From the NCBI GenBank assembly GCA_045648785.1, contig JAZROP010000020.1, positions 2,968 through 66,967 on the forward strand: 64,000 nucleotides of DNA. Reading direction: 5' to 3'. Positions 37,600-47,412 of this stretch are shown piece after piece. The position numbers and the translations under genes were made by a program. Under the pieces are notes generated by a model. It had not been told where the DNA came from, did not search any database, and saw only the letters and a list, made by a program, of their open reading frames with translations. Positions within the stretch are counted from its first letter, which is position 1. Each line of letters opens with the position of its first letter. This stretch comes from Clostridia bacterium (GTDB lineage: Bacteria; Bacillota; Clostridia; RUG12999).

Positions 37600-38892
37600 A
37601 TGATGGAAAATTTAACAGTTGCCCAGCTTAAAGAAAAGGCAAAGGAGCTTGGGATAAAAGGTGTTTCTGCAATGAAAAAAGACCAGCTTGCAGAGCTTGT
37701 TAGTCAGGCAGAAAAACCGGAGGAAGAACCTAAAAAACAACAGCTTTTTGATATTAATAAAAGCAAGAAAAATGTTGACGGAATCTTAGAGGTTCTGGCA
37801 GACGGATACGGTTTTGCACGCGGTGCAAACTGTCTTGACGGAAACAGCGATATATATGTTTCACCAGCGCTTATTAGAAAATATTATCTTAAAACGGGTG
37901 ATAAAATAGAGGGCTTTGCAGTTCGCCGTGAGGGTGAAAAATTTGAAGCGCTTATTTATATTACTGCGGTAAACGGAGAAAAACCTGAGGTTATAAGAAA
38001 CAGAACCCCTTTTGAAAATCTTGTTCCGGTATATCCTGACAGCCGTCTTAAAATGGAAGTAGCTCAGAATGAATATGCAACAAGACTCATTGATCTAATT
38101 GCACCTGTCGGAAAAGGGCAAAGAGGACTTATTGTTGCTCCGCCAAAAGCGGGCAAAACAACCATTTTAAAACAGATTGCAAAAAGTATTCAGAAAAACA
38201 ACAAAGATGTGCACCTTATGGTGCTGCTTATAGATGAGCGTCCCGAAGAAGTAACCGATATGATTTATTCTATTCAGGGCGCCGAGGTGGTTTATTCCAC
38301 ATTTGATATGCCGCCGGAAAACCATACCAAAGTTGCGGAAATGGTGTTGGAGAGAGCACAGAGACTTGTTGAGCAGAAAAAGGATGTTGTTCTTCTTTTG
38401 GACAGTATTACAAGACTTGCCCGGGCATACAATCTTGTCGGTCAACCGACGGGCAGAATACTGTCAGGCGGTATTGACGCCGGTGCACTCTATAAACCAA
38501 AGAAGTTTTTTGGCGCAGCAAGAAATATTAAAAATGGCGGCAGCCTGACAATTCTTGCTACTGCTCTTATTGAAACGGGCAGCAAAATGGACGATGTCAT
38601 TTTTGAGGAATTCAAAGGAACAGGTAATATGGAACTTCATCTGGACAGACGAATGTCCGAGAGAAGAATATTCCCTGCTATTGATATTTATAAATCGGGA
38701 ACAAGAAAAGAAAATCTCCTCATGCCCTATGAAGAACTTAATGCTGTCTGGAATATCAGACATGCTTTTGGTGATTCACCAAGTGCAGAGGTAACTGAAT
38801 TTGTGCTGAAAAAACTTGTATCAACAAAGAAAAACACGGAATTTGTAGATATTATAAACAAGGAAATTAAAGACCAGTTTTCCGGGAGGTAG
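37600..38892 (+). CDS. rho: transcription termination factor Rho
   Basis: It has the N-terminal Rho_N region, the Walker A motif [10 protein letters not shown], and the Q-loop and R-loop regions. Confidence 0.9.
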   Translation: MMENLTVAQLKEKAKELGIKGVSAMKKDQLAELVSQAEKPEEEPKKQQLFDINKSKKNVDGILEVLADGYGFARGANCLDGNSDIYVSPALIRKYYLKTGDKIEGFAVRREGEKFEALIYITAVNGEKPEVIRNRTPFENLVPVYPDSRLKMEVAQNEYATRLIDLIAPVGKGQRGLIVAPPKAGKTTILKQIAKSIQKNNKDVHLMVLLIDERPEEVTDMIYSIQGAEVVYSTFDMPPENHTKVAEMVLERAQRLVEQKKDVVLLLDSITRLARAYNLVGQPTGRILSGGIDAGALYKPKKFFGAARNIKNGGSLTILATALIETGSKMDDVIFEEFKGTGNMELHLDRRMSERRIFPAIDIYKSGTRKENLLMPYEELNAVWNIRHAFGDSPSAEVTEFVLKKLVSTKKNTEFVDIINKEIKDQFSGR

Positions 38893-38895
38893 GCT

Positions 38896-40038
38896 TTGAA
38901 AAAGATTATCACATTTATTATCCTGACATCTTTGGTGTTTTGCTTGATTCCTGCCCAGGTATTTGCATTTGATGAAAATGAAATTACCTGTAATTCTGCA
39001 ATTTTAGTTGAGGCAGAAACAGGAAAAGTGCTCTTTGAAAAAAATAGCAATCAGAAAGTTGCGATAGCAAGTATAACAAAACTGATGGTACTTCTTATTG
39101 CCATGGAGGAAATAAAAGCAGGTAATCTGACTCTTGATACGATAATAACAGGAACTCAGGAGGCAAAGGATATTGGCGGTTCAACCATGTTTCTTGATGT
39201 GGGGGAACAGTTTCCGCTTGAAACGATACTTAAAGCTATGTGTATCGCCAGTGCGAATGATGGTACTGTCGCACTGGCGATACACATTGCCGGCTCCACG
39301 GAAGCGTTTGTAAACCGTATGAATAAGCGTGCGGACGAGCTTGGCATGAAAAATACTAATTTTAAAAATGTTGTTGGTTTTGATGATTTTGAGCATTATT
39401 CAACCGCCCATGATGTTGCAACCCTATCCAGGGAGATTTTGGCTAAATATCCCAAAATTCTTGAGTATTCAAAAATTAAAGAGGAATGGATAAGAGAGGG
39501 AAAAACCCAGCTTTTAAACACAAACCGCTTACTCAGCAGATACGAATATGCTACAGGACTCAAGACAGGAACGGAAACGAGTGCGAAATACTGCCTTTCC
39601 GCAACTTCCGAAAAGGATGGAACAAAGCTTATAGCGGTTGTTTTGGGAGCAGCAGATAATGATGCGCGTTTTAAGCAGGCGGAGATACTTCTCAAACACG
39701 GGTATAACGATTTTGACCTTGTAACAGCGGCACCTGCCAGTAAAAATCTTGGGATGGTTAAGGTTGCTAAAGGTAGGTATGACGAGGTTGCAGCCGTTCC
39801 GGCATATGATGTGAAAGTCGTTGTTAAAAAAGGGGAAGAAGGTAAAATAAAACAAGAGGTAGTGCTTGCAAACGAGATTGAAGCTCCTGTTGCAAAAGGG
39901 ACAGAAATAGGACAGCTTACAATTCGTGTTGATGGTGATATTGCCGTAACCACTCCACTTGTAGCTGATGCAGACATTCCCAGAGTGACATTTTTTGGTG
40001 CAATTTTAAAGCTTATAAGAGCAATGTTTTCATTTTAA
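38896..40038 (+). CDS. dacB: D-alanyl-D-alanine carboxypeptidase (S11, PBP5-like)
   Basis: A TTG start follows the GGGAGG RBS, and a signal peptide is present. It has the SITK (SxxK) active site, an SGN motif (LSATSEKDG region) and KTG. Confidence 0.8.
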   Translation: MKKIITFIILTSLVFCLIPAQVFAFDENEITCNSAILVEAETGKVLFEKNSNQKVAIASITKLMVLLIAMEEIKAGNLTLDTIITGTQEAKDIGGSTMFLDVGEQFPLETILKAMCIASANDGTVALAIHIAGSTEAFVNRMNKRADELGMKNTNFKNVVGFDDFEHYSTAHDVATLSREILAKYPKILEYSKIKEEWIREGKTQLLNTNRLLSRYEYATGLKTGTETSAKYCLSATSEKDGTKLIAVVLGAADNDARFKQAEILLKHGYNDFDLVTAAPASKNLGMVKVAKGRYDEVAAVPAYDVKVVVKKGEEGKIKQEVVLANEIEAPVAKGTEIGQLTIRVDGDIAVTTPLVADADIPRVTFFGAILKLIRAMFSF

Positions 40039-40040
40039 TA

Positions 40041-40070
40041 AAAGCTCTCTGCGTGGCAGAGAGTTTTTTT
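40041..40070 (+). terminator. intrinsic terminator ending the maf-to-dacB transcription unit
   Basis: aaagctctctgc-gtg-gcagagagttttttt. Confidence 0.7.
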
Positions 40071-40092
40071 ATAATATTTTTGTTTAAAGTTG

Positions 40093-40121
40093 TTGAAATT
40101 TGTTCAAAAAAGTGATACAAT
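40093..40121 (+). promoter_or_regulatory. sigma-A promoter of xpt (extended -10)
   Basis: TTGAAA, a 17-nt spacer, then TGaTACAAT. Confidence 0.55.
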
Positions 40122-40148
40122 ATAAAAAATGCTTTTGGAGGTATTGCC

Positions 40149-40721
40149 GTGCAAAGCTTGAAAGAAAAAATTCTCAGCGATGGTAAGGTTAAACCGGGTA
40201 ATGTTTTAAAAGTGGACAGCTTTTTAAATCATCAGATGGACATACATATGCTGGAGGAAATAGGAAAAGAATTCAAAAAGAGATTTTCTGATGTAAAAAT
40301 CAATAAGATTCTTACTATTGAAGCATCAGGTATTGCCATCGCGTGTATGGCGGCAAAGGCGTTTAATGTACCACTTGTTTTTGCAAAAAAAAATCAAACA
40401 AAAAATATTGCGGGAGAGGTTTATTCTTCGAGAGTTCAATCTTATACCCACGGCAGAATATATGATGTTATTGTATCAAAAGAGTTTCTGACGGCTGATG
40501 ACAAAGTACTTGTTATAGATGATTTCCTTGCAAACGGATGTGCTCTTGACGGACTAACTGACATTGTAAAACAGTCGGGAGCTACGTTAGAGGGTATAGG
40601 AATTGTAATAGAAAAGTACTTTCAGGGTGGCGGAGACAGAATCCGTAAGCAGGGAATAAGGGTAGAGTCCCTTGCAATGATTGAGTCCATGACCGATGAT
40701 TCACTTACATTTGTTAAATAG
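40149..40721 (+). CDS. xpt: xanthine phosphoribosyltransferase
   Basis: The start MQSLKEKILSDGKV...LKVDSFLNHQMD and the PRPP-binding motif VLVIDDFLANG identify it. Confidence 0.85.
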   Translation: MQSLKEKILSDGKVKPGNVLKVDSFLNHQMDIHMLEEIGKEFKKRFSDVKINKILTIEASGIAIACMAAKAFNVPLVFAKKNQTKNIAGEVYSSRVQSYTHGRIYDVIVSKEFLTADDKVLVIDDFLANGCALDGLTDIVKQSGATLEGIGIVIEKYFQGGGDRIRKQGIRVESLAMIESMTDDSLTFVK

Positions 40722-40735
40722 AACGGAGGATTTTT

Positions 40736-40975
40736 TTGTACCCTATATATACATACCCTATACTTACAATATTTTTGCCGGTCTGTTTCAGATTAATAAA
40801 TCGAAAATTAACGTGGTTAAGCATTATTTGTGCAGTGATAATTGAAATTATAATGTATTGGGACGAATTCTGCTACTATGAAGCGAGAGGACTCATGATA
40901 TATCTTACATTGATTCAAGTGATTGTTATGAGTGTGATTTGCATTTTGCTTAATTTAATCAAAAAGAATAAATAG
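40736..40975 (+). CDS. small hydrophobic hypothetical protein (79 aa, two predicted TM segments)
   Basis: The ORF is followed by a perfect stem-loop terminator (gcttttcctt/aaggaaaagc plus a T6 tract at 40976-41003). No homolog was recognised. Confidence 0.3.
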   Translation: MYPIYTYPILTIFLPVCFRLINRKLTWLSIICAVIIEIIMYWDEFCYYEARGLMIYLTLIQVIVMSVICILLNLIKKNK

Positions 40976-41089
40976 GCTTTTCCTTAAAGGAAAAGCTTTT
41001 TTGTTAAACAAAATATTAAAAAACTATTGACAAATCATCCTACATTTGATATACTATGTAAAGTGATTTGCTTTACAGGTGATAAAAGT

Positions 41090-41416
41090 ATGGCGAAAGA
41101 TTATCAAATTGGTTTACTGATAGACTTTTACGGAAGCCTTCTTTCGGACAGGCAGAGGGATATAATAAGCCTTTATTATGAAGAGGATTTGTCCTTATCT
41201 GAGATTGCTCAGGACGTGGGAATAACCCGTCAGGGAGTAAGAGATTGTGTGAAAAAAGCCGAGGCAATTCTTATAGAGGCAGAAGAAAAACTCGGACTTG
41301 CACAGAGATTTAAAGAGCTTTCGGAAAAAATGGATATAATAAAAGATAAGCTTGCTGGAATGGAAGATGAAAAGCTTTCACCGGTAATTGAAATGATAGA
41401 TAGCCTAGAGATTTGA
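41090..41416 (+). CDS. ylxM: YlxM/UPF0122 putative DNA-binding protein (sigma-70 region-4-like), SRP-operon leader gene
   Basis: The start MAKDYQIGLLIDFYGSLLSDRQRDIISLYYEEDLSLSEIAQ is the conserved YlxM sequence. The gene lies directly upstream of ffh. Confidence 0.7.
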   Translation: MAKDYQIGLLIDFYGSLLSDRQRDIISLYYEEDLSLSEIAQDVGITRQGVRDCVKKAEAILIEAEEKLGLAQRFKELSEKMDIIKDKLAGMEDEKLSPVIEMIDSLEI

Positions 41417-41427
41417 GGTGAGATGAC

Positions 41428-42771
41428 ATGGCATTTGATAGCTTGATGGAGAGACTTCAGGATACCTTCAGAAAAATGAAAAATCACGGCAAGGTAACTG
41501 AGCTTGATGTTAAAAATGCCATGAGGGAAATTCGTCTTGCCCTTCTTGAAGCCGATGTAAACTATAAAGTAGTAAAAGATTTTATTGCAAAAACATCTGA
41601 GCGTGCAGTCGGAGCGGAAATACTTCAAAGTTTGACGCCCGCTCAGCATATTATAAAAATTGTTAAAGAGGAACTTGTTGCTCTACTAGGTACAGAGGAA
41701 GCAAAAATCAACTTTTCCTCCAAACCGCCGACAGTTATAATGATGGTGGGATTACAGGGTGCAGGTAAAACTACGACTTCAGCAAAAATTGCATCACTTC
41801 TGAGAAAACAAAAATCAAAAAGACCTCTTCTGGTAGCCTGTGATGTGTATCGTCCGGCGGCTATTAAGCAACTTCAGGTTGTAGGTGCACAACTTGACAT
41901 ACCGGTATTTTCGGTTGAGGGAGAACAAAATCCCGTTACAATTGCTGAAAAAGCGCTTGAAAATGCAATCAGAAACGGCAATGACCTTGTTATTATAGAT
42001 ACTGCGGGACGACTTCATGTTAATGAGGAGCTCATGCAGGAACTTGAAGATATAAAATCAGTTACAAATCCGGCTGAAATTCTGCTTGTTGTTGACTCCA
42101 TGACAGGTCAGGACGCGGTAAATGTGGCAGAATCTTTTAATGAGCAACTTGATATTACAGGCGTGGTTTTAACCAAGCTTGACGGTGATACCAGAGGCGG
42201 TGCGGCGATAAGTGTCCGCGCAGTTACAGGCAAACCGGTTAAATTTGCCGGCATGGGTGAGAAACTTTCTGACCTTGAGGTGTTCTATCCTGAGAGGATG
42301 GCATCAAGAATTCTTGGTATGGGCGATGTACTCACATTAATTGATAAGGCACAGGAAGCCTTTGACGAAAAGCAAGCTAAAGAGCTTGAAGCGAAGCTTA
42401 TGAAAAATAAGTTTGACCTTGAGGATTTTCTGCAGCAGCTTCGTCAAATGAAAAATATGGGGCCGCTTTCACAAATTGTCGGTATGATACCGGGCATAGA
42501 TTCAAAAGCTCTTAAAAATGCAAATATTGATGATAATCAGATGAATCGGACGGAGGCAATAATCCTTTCGATGACCCCAGCTGAAAGACATAATCCGTCA
42601 ATAATTAATGCAAGCCGTAAACAGCGTATTGCAAATGGTTGTGGTATGAGAGTGCAGGAGGTAAATGCACTTTTAAAGCAATTTGATGCAATGCAAAAAA
42701 TGATAAAGCAGTTTACGGGCAATAAAAATATGAAAAGACAAATGAAAAAAATGGGTAAGTTCCCGTTTTAA
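41428..42771 (+). CDS. ffh: signal recognition particle protein Ffh
   Basis: It has the N domain, the G domain (GLQGAGKTT, DTAGR) and the Met-rich M domain. Confidence 0.9.
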   Translation: MAFDSLMERLQDTFRKMKNHGKVTELDVKNAMREIRLALLEADVNYKVVKDFIAKTSERAVGAEILQSLTPAQHIIKIVKEELVALLGTEEAKINFSSKPPTVIMMVGLQGAGKTTTSAKIASLLRKQKSKRPLLVACDVYRPAAIKQLQVVGAQLDIPVFSVEGEQNPVTIAEKALENAIRNGNDLVIIDTAGRLHVNEELMQELEDIKSVTNPAEILLVVDSMTGQDAVNVAESFNEQLDITGVVLTKLDGDTRGGAAISVRAVTGKPVKFAGMGEKLSDLEVFYPERMASRILGMGDVLTLIDKAQEAFDEKQAKELEAKLMKNKFDLEDFLQQLRQMKNMGPLSQIVGMIPGIDSKALKNANIDDNQMNRTEAIILSMTPAERHNPSIINASRKQRIANGCGMRVQEVNALLKQFDAMQKMIKQFTGNKNMKRQMKKMGKFPF

Positions 42772-42800
42772 TATTAAATATTTTATGGAGGTGAATATAA

Positions 42801-43046
42801 ATGGCAGTTAAAATTCGTCTGCGCAGAATGGGCGCAAAGAAAAGTCCTTATTACAGAATTGTGGTAGCTGATTCAAGATACCCCAGAAACGGTCGTTTTA
42901 TTGAGGAGATTGGAACATATAATCCTCTCACAGAGCCTGCAACTGTAACAGTTGACGCTGAAGCAGCTAAAAAATGGATTGCTAACGGTGCTCAGCCTAC
43001 AGATACTGTTAAAGCTCTTTTCAAGAAAAACGGTATTGAAAAATAA
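42801..43046 (+). CDS. rpsP: 30S ribosomal protein S16
   Basis: [26 protein letters not shown] is the S16 sequence. Confidence 0.9.
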   Translation: MAVKIRLRRMGAKKSPYYRIVVADSRYPRNGRFIEEIGTYNPLTEPATVTVDAEAAKKWIANGAQPTDTVKALFKKNGIEK

Positions 43047-43064
43047 TTCGCTTTGGAGAAAGTT

Positions 43065-43295
43065 ATGAAAGAATTATTAGAAAACATAGCGCAATCGCTT
43101 GTTGACAATCCGGACGGCGTTGTTGTTGACGAAACTGTTAATGATAACGGCACTCTGCTTGAACTGAAGGTTGACCCGTCAGATATGGGTAAAATCATTG
43201 GTAAACAGGGCAGAATTGCAAAAGCCATCAGAACTGTTGTCAAAGCAGTTGCAAGCAAAGAGGACAAAAAAGTCAGAGTTGATATTATAGACTGA
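43065..43295 (+). CDS. KH-domain RNA-binding protein (YlqC-like)
   Basis: It has the KH GxxG motif (IIGKQGRIAKAIR). The ATG at 43065 follows a GGAGAAAG RBS. The track ORF starts 12 nt earlier at a TTG. Confidence 0.75.
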   Translation: MKELLENIAQSLVDNPDGVVVDETVNDNGTLLELKVDPSDMGKIIGKQGRIAKAIRTVVKAVASKEDKKVRVDIID

Positions 43296-43343
43296 TTTTA
43301 TCGCCGGGTATTTATACTCGGCGATACTCTTAGGGAGAAAAAT

Positions 43344-43832
43344 ATGAAAAAAATTAATATAGGTAAAGTTGTAACAACTCACGGTGTCCGTGGCGATATA
43401 AAGGTTTATCCTCACACGAATGTAGAAGGAATGTTCGGAAAACTAAAAAAAATATATATAAGTGATGAGGAATATAAAATTTCTTCGGTGAAGTATGTAA
43501 AAGGTTGCCCCGTACTTAACATTGATGGTTTAAATACTGTTGAGGAGGCACAAAAACTTATTGGAAAACAGGTACTTGCAGATGAAAACAATTTACCGAA
43601 GCTTGAGGAGAACAGCTTTTATTTAAAGGATATAATTGGCTGCACTGCCATAGATGAGCAGGGAACAGAAATCGGGGCTATCACAGATGTGATTTTTACC
43701 GGTGCAAATGATGTTTATCAGATAACAACAGCAGAAAAAAGAGATATTCTTGTTCCAGCAGTTAAAGAATTTATTCGCAGTGTAAATATTAAAGATAAAA
43801 AAATAACGGTGAAATTAATAGAAGGGATGTAA
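43344..43832 (+). CDS. rimM: ribosome maturation factor RimM
   Basis: IGKVVTTHGVRGDIKV is the RimM N-terminal beta-barrel, and a C-terminal PRC barrel follows. Confidence 0.85.
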   Translation: MKKINIGKVVTTHGVRGDIKVYPHTNVEGMFGKLKKIYISDEEYKISSVKYVKGCPVLNIDGLNTVEEAQKLIGKQVLADENNLPKLEENSFYLKDIIGCTAIDEQGTEIGAITDVIFTGANDVYQITTAEKRDILVPAVKEFIRSVNIKDKKITVKLIEGM

Positions 43833-43855
43833 CTATGTTACATCCCTTAGTTTTT
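43824..43855 (+). terminator. intrinsic terminator overlapping the rimM stop codon
   Basis: gggatgtaac-tat-gttacatccc is followed by TTTTT. Confidence 0.6.
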
Positions 43856-43861
43856 AAATAA

Positions 43862-45691
43862 CTATATTGCGAGTCCCGAACGGAACTGGCTATTATAAAG
43901 ATTGGCATAAAAGCCGTCTTTTGCAATAAGCTCATCATGACTGCCACGCTCCACAATTTCGCCTTTATCTATTACCAGGATAATATCGGCGTTGCGAATG
44001 GTACTGAGACGATGAGCGATGACAAAGTTTGTTCTGCCCTCCATCAAAGTAGTAAGAGCTTGCTGAATTTTAAGCTCTGTTCGTGTATCAATTGACGAAG
44101 TTGCTTCGTCAAGAATTAATACGGGTGGTTTTGCAAGCATTGCCCGGGCAATTGCCAAAAGCTGACGTTGTCCCTGTGACAAATCCTGACCATTATCTGC
44201 AAGAATTGTTTCATATCCGTTTTCAAGCTGTGAGATAAATGAATGTGCTCCGGCTTTTTTTGCGGCATCAACCACTTCCTCATCGGTGGCGGACGGTCTG
44301 CCGTATTTTATATTGTCCATAACACTTTCGGAAAACAAATATGTGTCCTGAAGAACCATGCCTATTGAGTTTCTGAGACTGTCGCGAGTTAGGTCATAAA
44401 TATTTTTACCATCTATTGTGATGGTACCGCTGTCAATGTCATAAAATCTGCTGAGCAAACTTATGATTGTTGTTTTGCCTGCACCGGTTGGTCCTACAAT
44501 AGCAATGGTCTGTCCCGGTGAAGCATCAAAAGTGGCATTTTTCAGAACCGGTTTACCGGAGGTATAGGAGAAGGTAACATCTTTAAGGGATATGTTGCCC
44601 TCTGGAGCATTAAGCGATATTGCGTTTTCAGAATCTGTTTCCTGAGCCTCATCAATTACTTCAAACACGCGCTCCGCACCGGCAAGTGCCGATTGCATGG
44701 TGTTTAAGAGATTTGCAATTTCGTTTATGGGGCGGGAGAAGTTTTTTGTATAAAGCAGGAAAGAGAAAATTATTCCAGTAGTTATATCCGAACCTGAAAG
44801 AATCATATATCCGCCAACAACCGCAACTATCAAATAGGTTATGTTATTGATAAGATTCATAACAGGACCCATAACACCAGACAAAGATTGTGCAACCTGA
44901 CCGCTTAACCTAAGGCGCTTGTTTATGCCACTAAAATGTTTTTTGACATACTCCTCCTGACGGAACAGGATAACGGCTTTTTGACCGGAAACCATTTCTT
45001 CTACATAACCATTTATTTCGCCGAGCTCTTTTTGCTGCTTGCGGAAGTATTTTGAGGTAAACCTCATAATGCTTCGTGTAACTATAAGCATAACAGGAAC
45101 AGTTACGAGTGAGACAAGAGTTAATGATGGGCTGAGAATAAGCATTGCAATAAGAGTACCTACAATATTAATTACGCCGGATAAAAGTTGTGCAACACTT
45201 TGTGAAAGGGTCTGATTAATGTTGTCAACATCATTGGTCAGACGGCTCATTATGTCACCGCTTGATGTATTGTCAAAATATTTCAGCGGAAGCTTCTGCA
45301 AAACAGCAAATAAATCCCGACGCAGGGTTGCAGAAGTGTTTTGCGACACCTTTATCATATTTGAATGAATAAAATAAGTGCTGAGTGCCGACAAAAGATG
45401 CATTGACAGGATAAGGATACACAGTTTGCCGAGAGATGTAAGGTCAAAAAAGGCGATACATTCATCAATTGCAATGCCGTTGAGTCTTGTTGTGAGAATA
45501 CTTATAATTGAAACAATGGCAGACAGAATAAAAGTTGCCAAAATGTGTAATTTATAAGATTTCATATAGCTGACAAGACGCTTTAATGTGCCTTTGGCAT
45601 TTTTAAGTTTAACCTTTTCGCGGGGCATTCCCGGACCGCCGGGTCGTCCACCCGGTCTGCCGCCGGGCATTGGTCCTCTCATATTACCCAT
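43862..45691 (-). CDS. ABC exporter, fused permease/ATPase (heterodimer subunit) with Gly/Pro-rich N-terminal tail
   Basis: The product is 609 aa with six TM helices plus an NBD (GPTGAGKTT, LSQGQRQLLAIARAM, ILDEATSSID). The N-terminus reads GPMPGGRPGGRPGGPGMP. Confidence 0.8.
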   Translation of the reverse strand: MGNMRGPMPGGRPGGRPGGPGMPREKVKLKNAKGTLKRLVSYMKSYKLHILATFILSAIVSIISILTTRLNGIAIDECIAFFDLTSLGKLCILILSMHLLSALSTYFIHSNMIKVSQNTSATLRRDLFAVLQKLPLKYFDNTSSGDIMSRLTNDVDNINQTLSQSVAQLLSGVINIVGTLIAMLILSPSLTLVSLVTVPVMLIVTRSIMRFTSKYFRKQQKELGEINGYVEEMVSGQKAVILFRQEEYVKKHFSGINKRLRLSGQVAQSLSGVMGPVMNLINNITYLIVAVVGGYMILSGSDITTGIIFSFLLYTKNFSRPINEIANLLNTMQSALAGAERVFEVIDEAQETDSENAISLNAPEGNISLKDVTFSYTSGKPVLKNATFDASPGQTIAIVGPTGAGKTTIISLLSRFYDIDSGTITIDGKNIYDLTRDSLRNSIGMVLQDTYLFSESVMDNIKYGRPSATDEEVVDAAKKAGAHSFISQLENGYETILADNGQDLSQGQRQLLAIARAMLAKPPVLILDEATSSIDTRTELKIQQALTTLMEGRTNFVIAHRLSTIRNADIILVIDKGEIVERGSHDELIAKDGFYANLYNSQFRSGLAI

Positions 45692-47411
45692 TAGCTACCG
45701 CCTCCTCTCCAAGCTGAGAAACTACAATGCTTCTGTAAATTTCATTTGATTTTAAAAGCTCCAAGTGTGTTCCAATACCGGAAATTTTTCCGTCATCCAG
45801 AACAATTATTTTGTCGCAATACATTACGCCGGAAATTCTCTGTGCGATAATAAATGTAGTGCAGTCTGTTATGTTTTCTTTAAGTGCAGTCTGCAATCTT
45901 GCTTCTGTTGCCATGTCGAGCGCACTTGAAGCATCGTCAAGAATAAGGATTTTTGGGGTTCGTACAAGTGAACGGGCTATTGAAAGTCGTTGCTTTTGTC
46001 CGCCCGAAAAATTCTTGCCGCGCTGTTCAACAGGGGATAAAATTCCGTCAGGAAGAGCGTTAACAAATTCCGACGCTTGTGCAATATCAAGAGCAGTGTG
46101 AAAATCTTCGTCTGAGGCACTTTGTTTGCCCTGGAGCAGATTTTCTTTTATAGTTCCTGAAAAGAGAATACTTTCCTGTAAGACAACGCTTGTATTATCA
46201 CGCAGAGCATCAGTTTTGAGATTGCGCACATCTCTGCCGCCGATAAGTATTTCTCCGCGGGAAACATCATAAAGACGGGGGATAAGCATAGCAAGAGTAC
46301 TCTTGCCCGAACCGGTTGAACCAATTATACCAACTGTTTCCCCGGCTTTTATTTTAAAAGAAATATCCTCAAGAACCCATTGTCCTGAATTGTGATATCT
46401 GAAATATACATTTTTAAATTCAACATCGTGATTGCCAAAATCTAAAGCGTTAGATGAATCGATAATAGAGGGAGAGGTTTCAAAAACCTCGTTGATGCGG
46501 TCTGCTGAAACCTTTGCACGGGAGAAGTTTATAAACAACATAACAGACATGGTAAGAGAAAACATTATCTGAGTAAGATAATTTATAAACGCCATAATTT
46601 CACCCGTCTGTATGTCACCGACGGTGAACATTCTGCCGCCAAACCATAAAACAGCAACAACGGAAAATTGCATGATGATATTTACTATAGGCCACATTAG
46701 AATGGTTATCATCTGCGATTTTATACTTATGGATTTGAGGTTTTCGTTGGCATTTTTGAAGCGGTTTGTTTCCTGGTGGTGTCCCACAAATGCTTTAACA
46801 ACCTTTACGCCCAAAAGATTTTCGCGCATTACAGTGTTAACCCTGTCTATACTTTTCTGCAAAACGGAAAAAAGAGGGAAAGAACGGGAAATAACAAAGA
46901 AAACGGTTACAACAATCATCGGCACCATAAAAATAAAAAGTGTAGAAAGCCGCGGACTTAGCCTTATTGCCATAATAACACCGCCTACAAACAAAAGAGG
47001 TGAGCGCACCATTATGCGGAGTGACATGAGTACCATATGCTGCATCTGTGTAACATCGTTGGTCACTCTTGTAATAAGCGATGATGTTTTGAGTTTATCT
47101 ATTTCCGCAAAGGAAAATTTTTGTATTTTTGCAAAAAGACTTGCTCTTAGCTCGGCAGCAAACCTTGTTGAAGCAATGGAAGAAAAAACGGTACATAAAA
47201 TTCCTCCAATCATACCAAAGAATGAATAGAGGAGCATTTTTCCGCCAGTGGATAAAACATAGTTTAAATCGCCATTTGCAATTCCAACATCTATAATATC
47301 TGCCATAAGTGTAGGTTGCTGAAGATCCATTGTTGCCTCAAGCATCATACAAAGTGGTGCAAGAAGTGCAAAGATCCAACATTTTTTTAAATATTTAAGT
47401 AGCTTTATCAA
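45684..47411 (-). CDS. ABC exporter, fused permease/ATPase (heterodimer partner)
   Basis: The product is 575 aa with a TMD plus an NBD (GSTGSGKST, FSGGQKQRLSIARSL, ILDDASSALD). It overlaps the downstream partner by 8 nt. Confidence 0.8.
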   Translation of the reverse strand: MIKLLKYLKKCWIFALLAPLCMMLEATMDLQQPTLMADIIDVGIANGDLNYVLSTGGKMLLYSFFGMIGGILCTVFSSIASTRFAAELRASLFAKIQKFSFAEIDKLKTSSLITRVTNDVTQMQHMVLMSLRIMVRSPLLFVGGVIMAIRLSPRLSTLFIFMVPMIVVTVFFVISRSFPLFSVLQKSIDRVNTVMRENLLGVKVVKAFVGHHQETNRFKNANENLKSISIKSQMITILMWPIVNIIMQFSVVAVLWFGGRMFTVGDIQTGEIMAFINYLTQIMFSLTMSVMLFINFSRAKVSADRINEVFETSPSIIDSSNALDFGNHDVEFKNVYFRYHNSGQWVLEDISFKIKAGETVGIIGSTGSGKSTLAMLIPRLYDVSRGEILIGGRDVRNLKTDALRDNTSVVLQESILFSGTIKENLLQGKQSASDEDFHTALDIAQASEFVNALPDGILSPVEQRGKNFSGGQKQRLSIARSLVRTPKILILDDASSALDMATEARLQTALKENITDCTTFIIAQRISGVMYCDKIIVLDDGKISGIGTHLELLKSNEIYRSIVVSQLGEEAVANG

Positions 47412-47412
47412 T

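Noticed and set aside
40071-40148. Expected a purine (guanine/xanthine) riboswitch upstream of xpt
   Set aside because: Only 78 nt separate the dacB terminator from the xpt start. They are fully accounted for by a TTGAAA-17-TGnTACAAT promoter and the RBS. There is no UAUA...GAUAUGG...GUUUCUACC aptamer core.
46612-47229. 205-aa plus-strand ORF
   Set aside because: It is antisense to the ABC exporter permease gene and is a chance frame.
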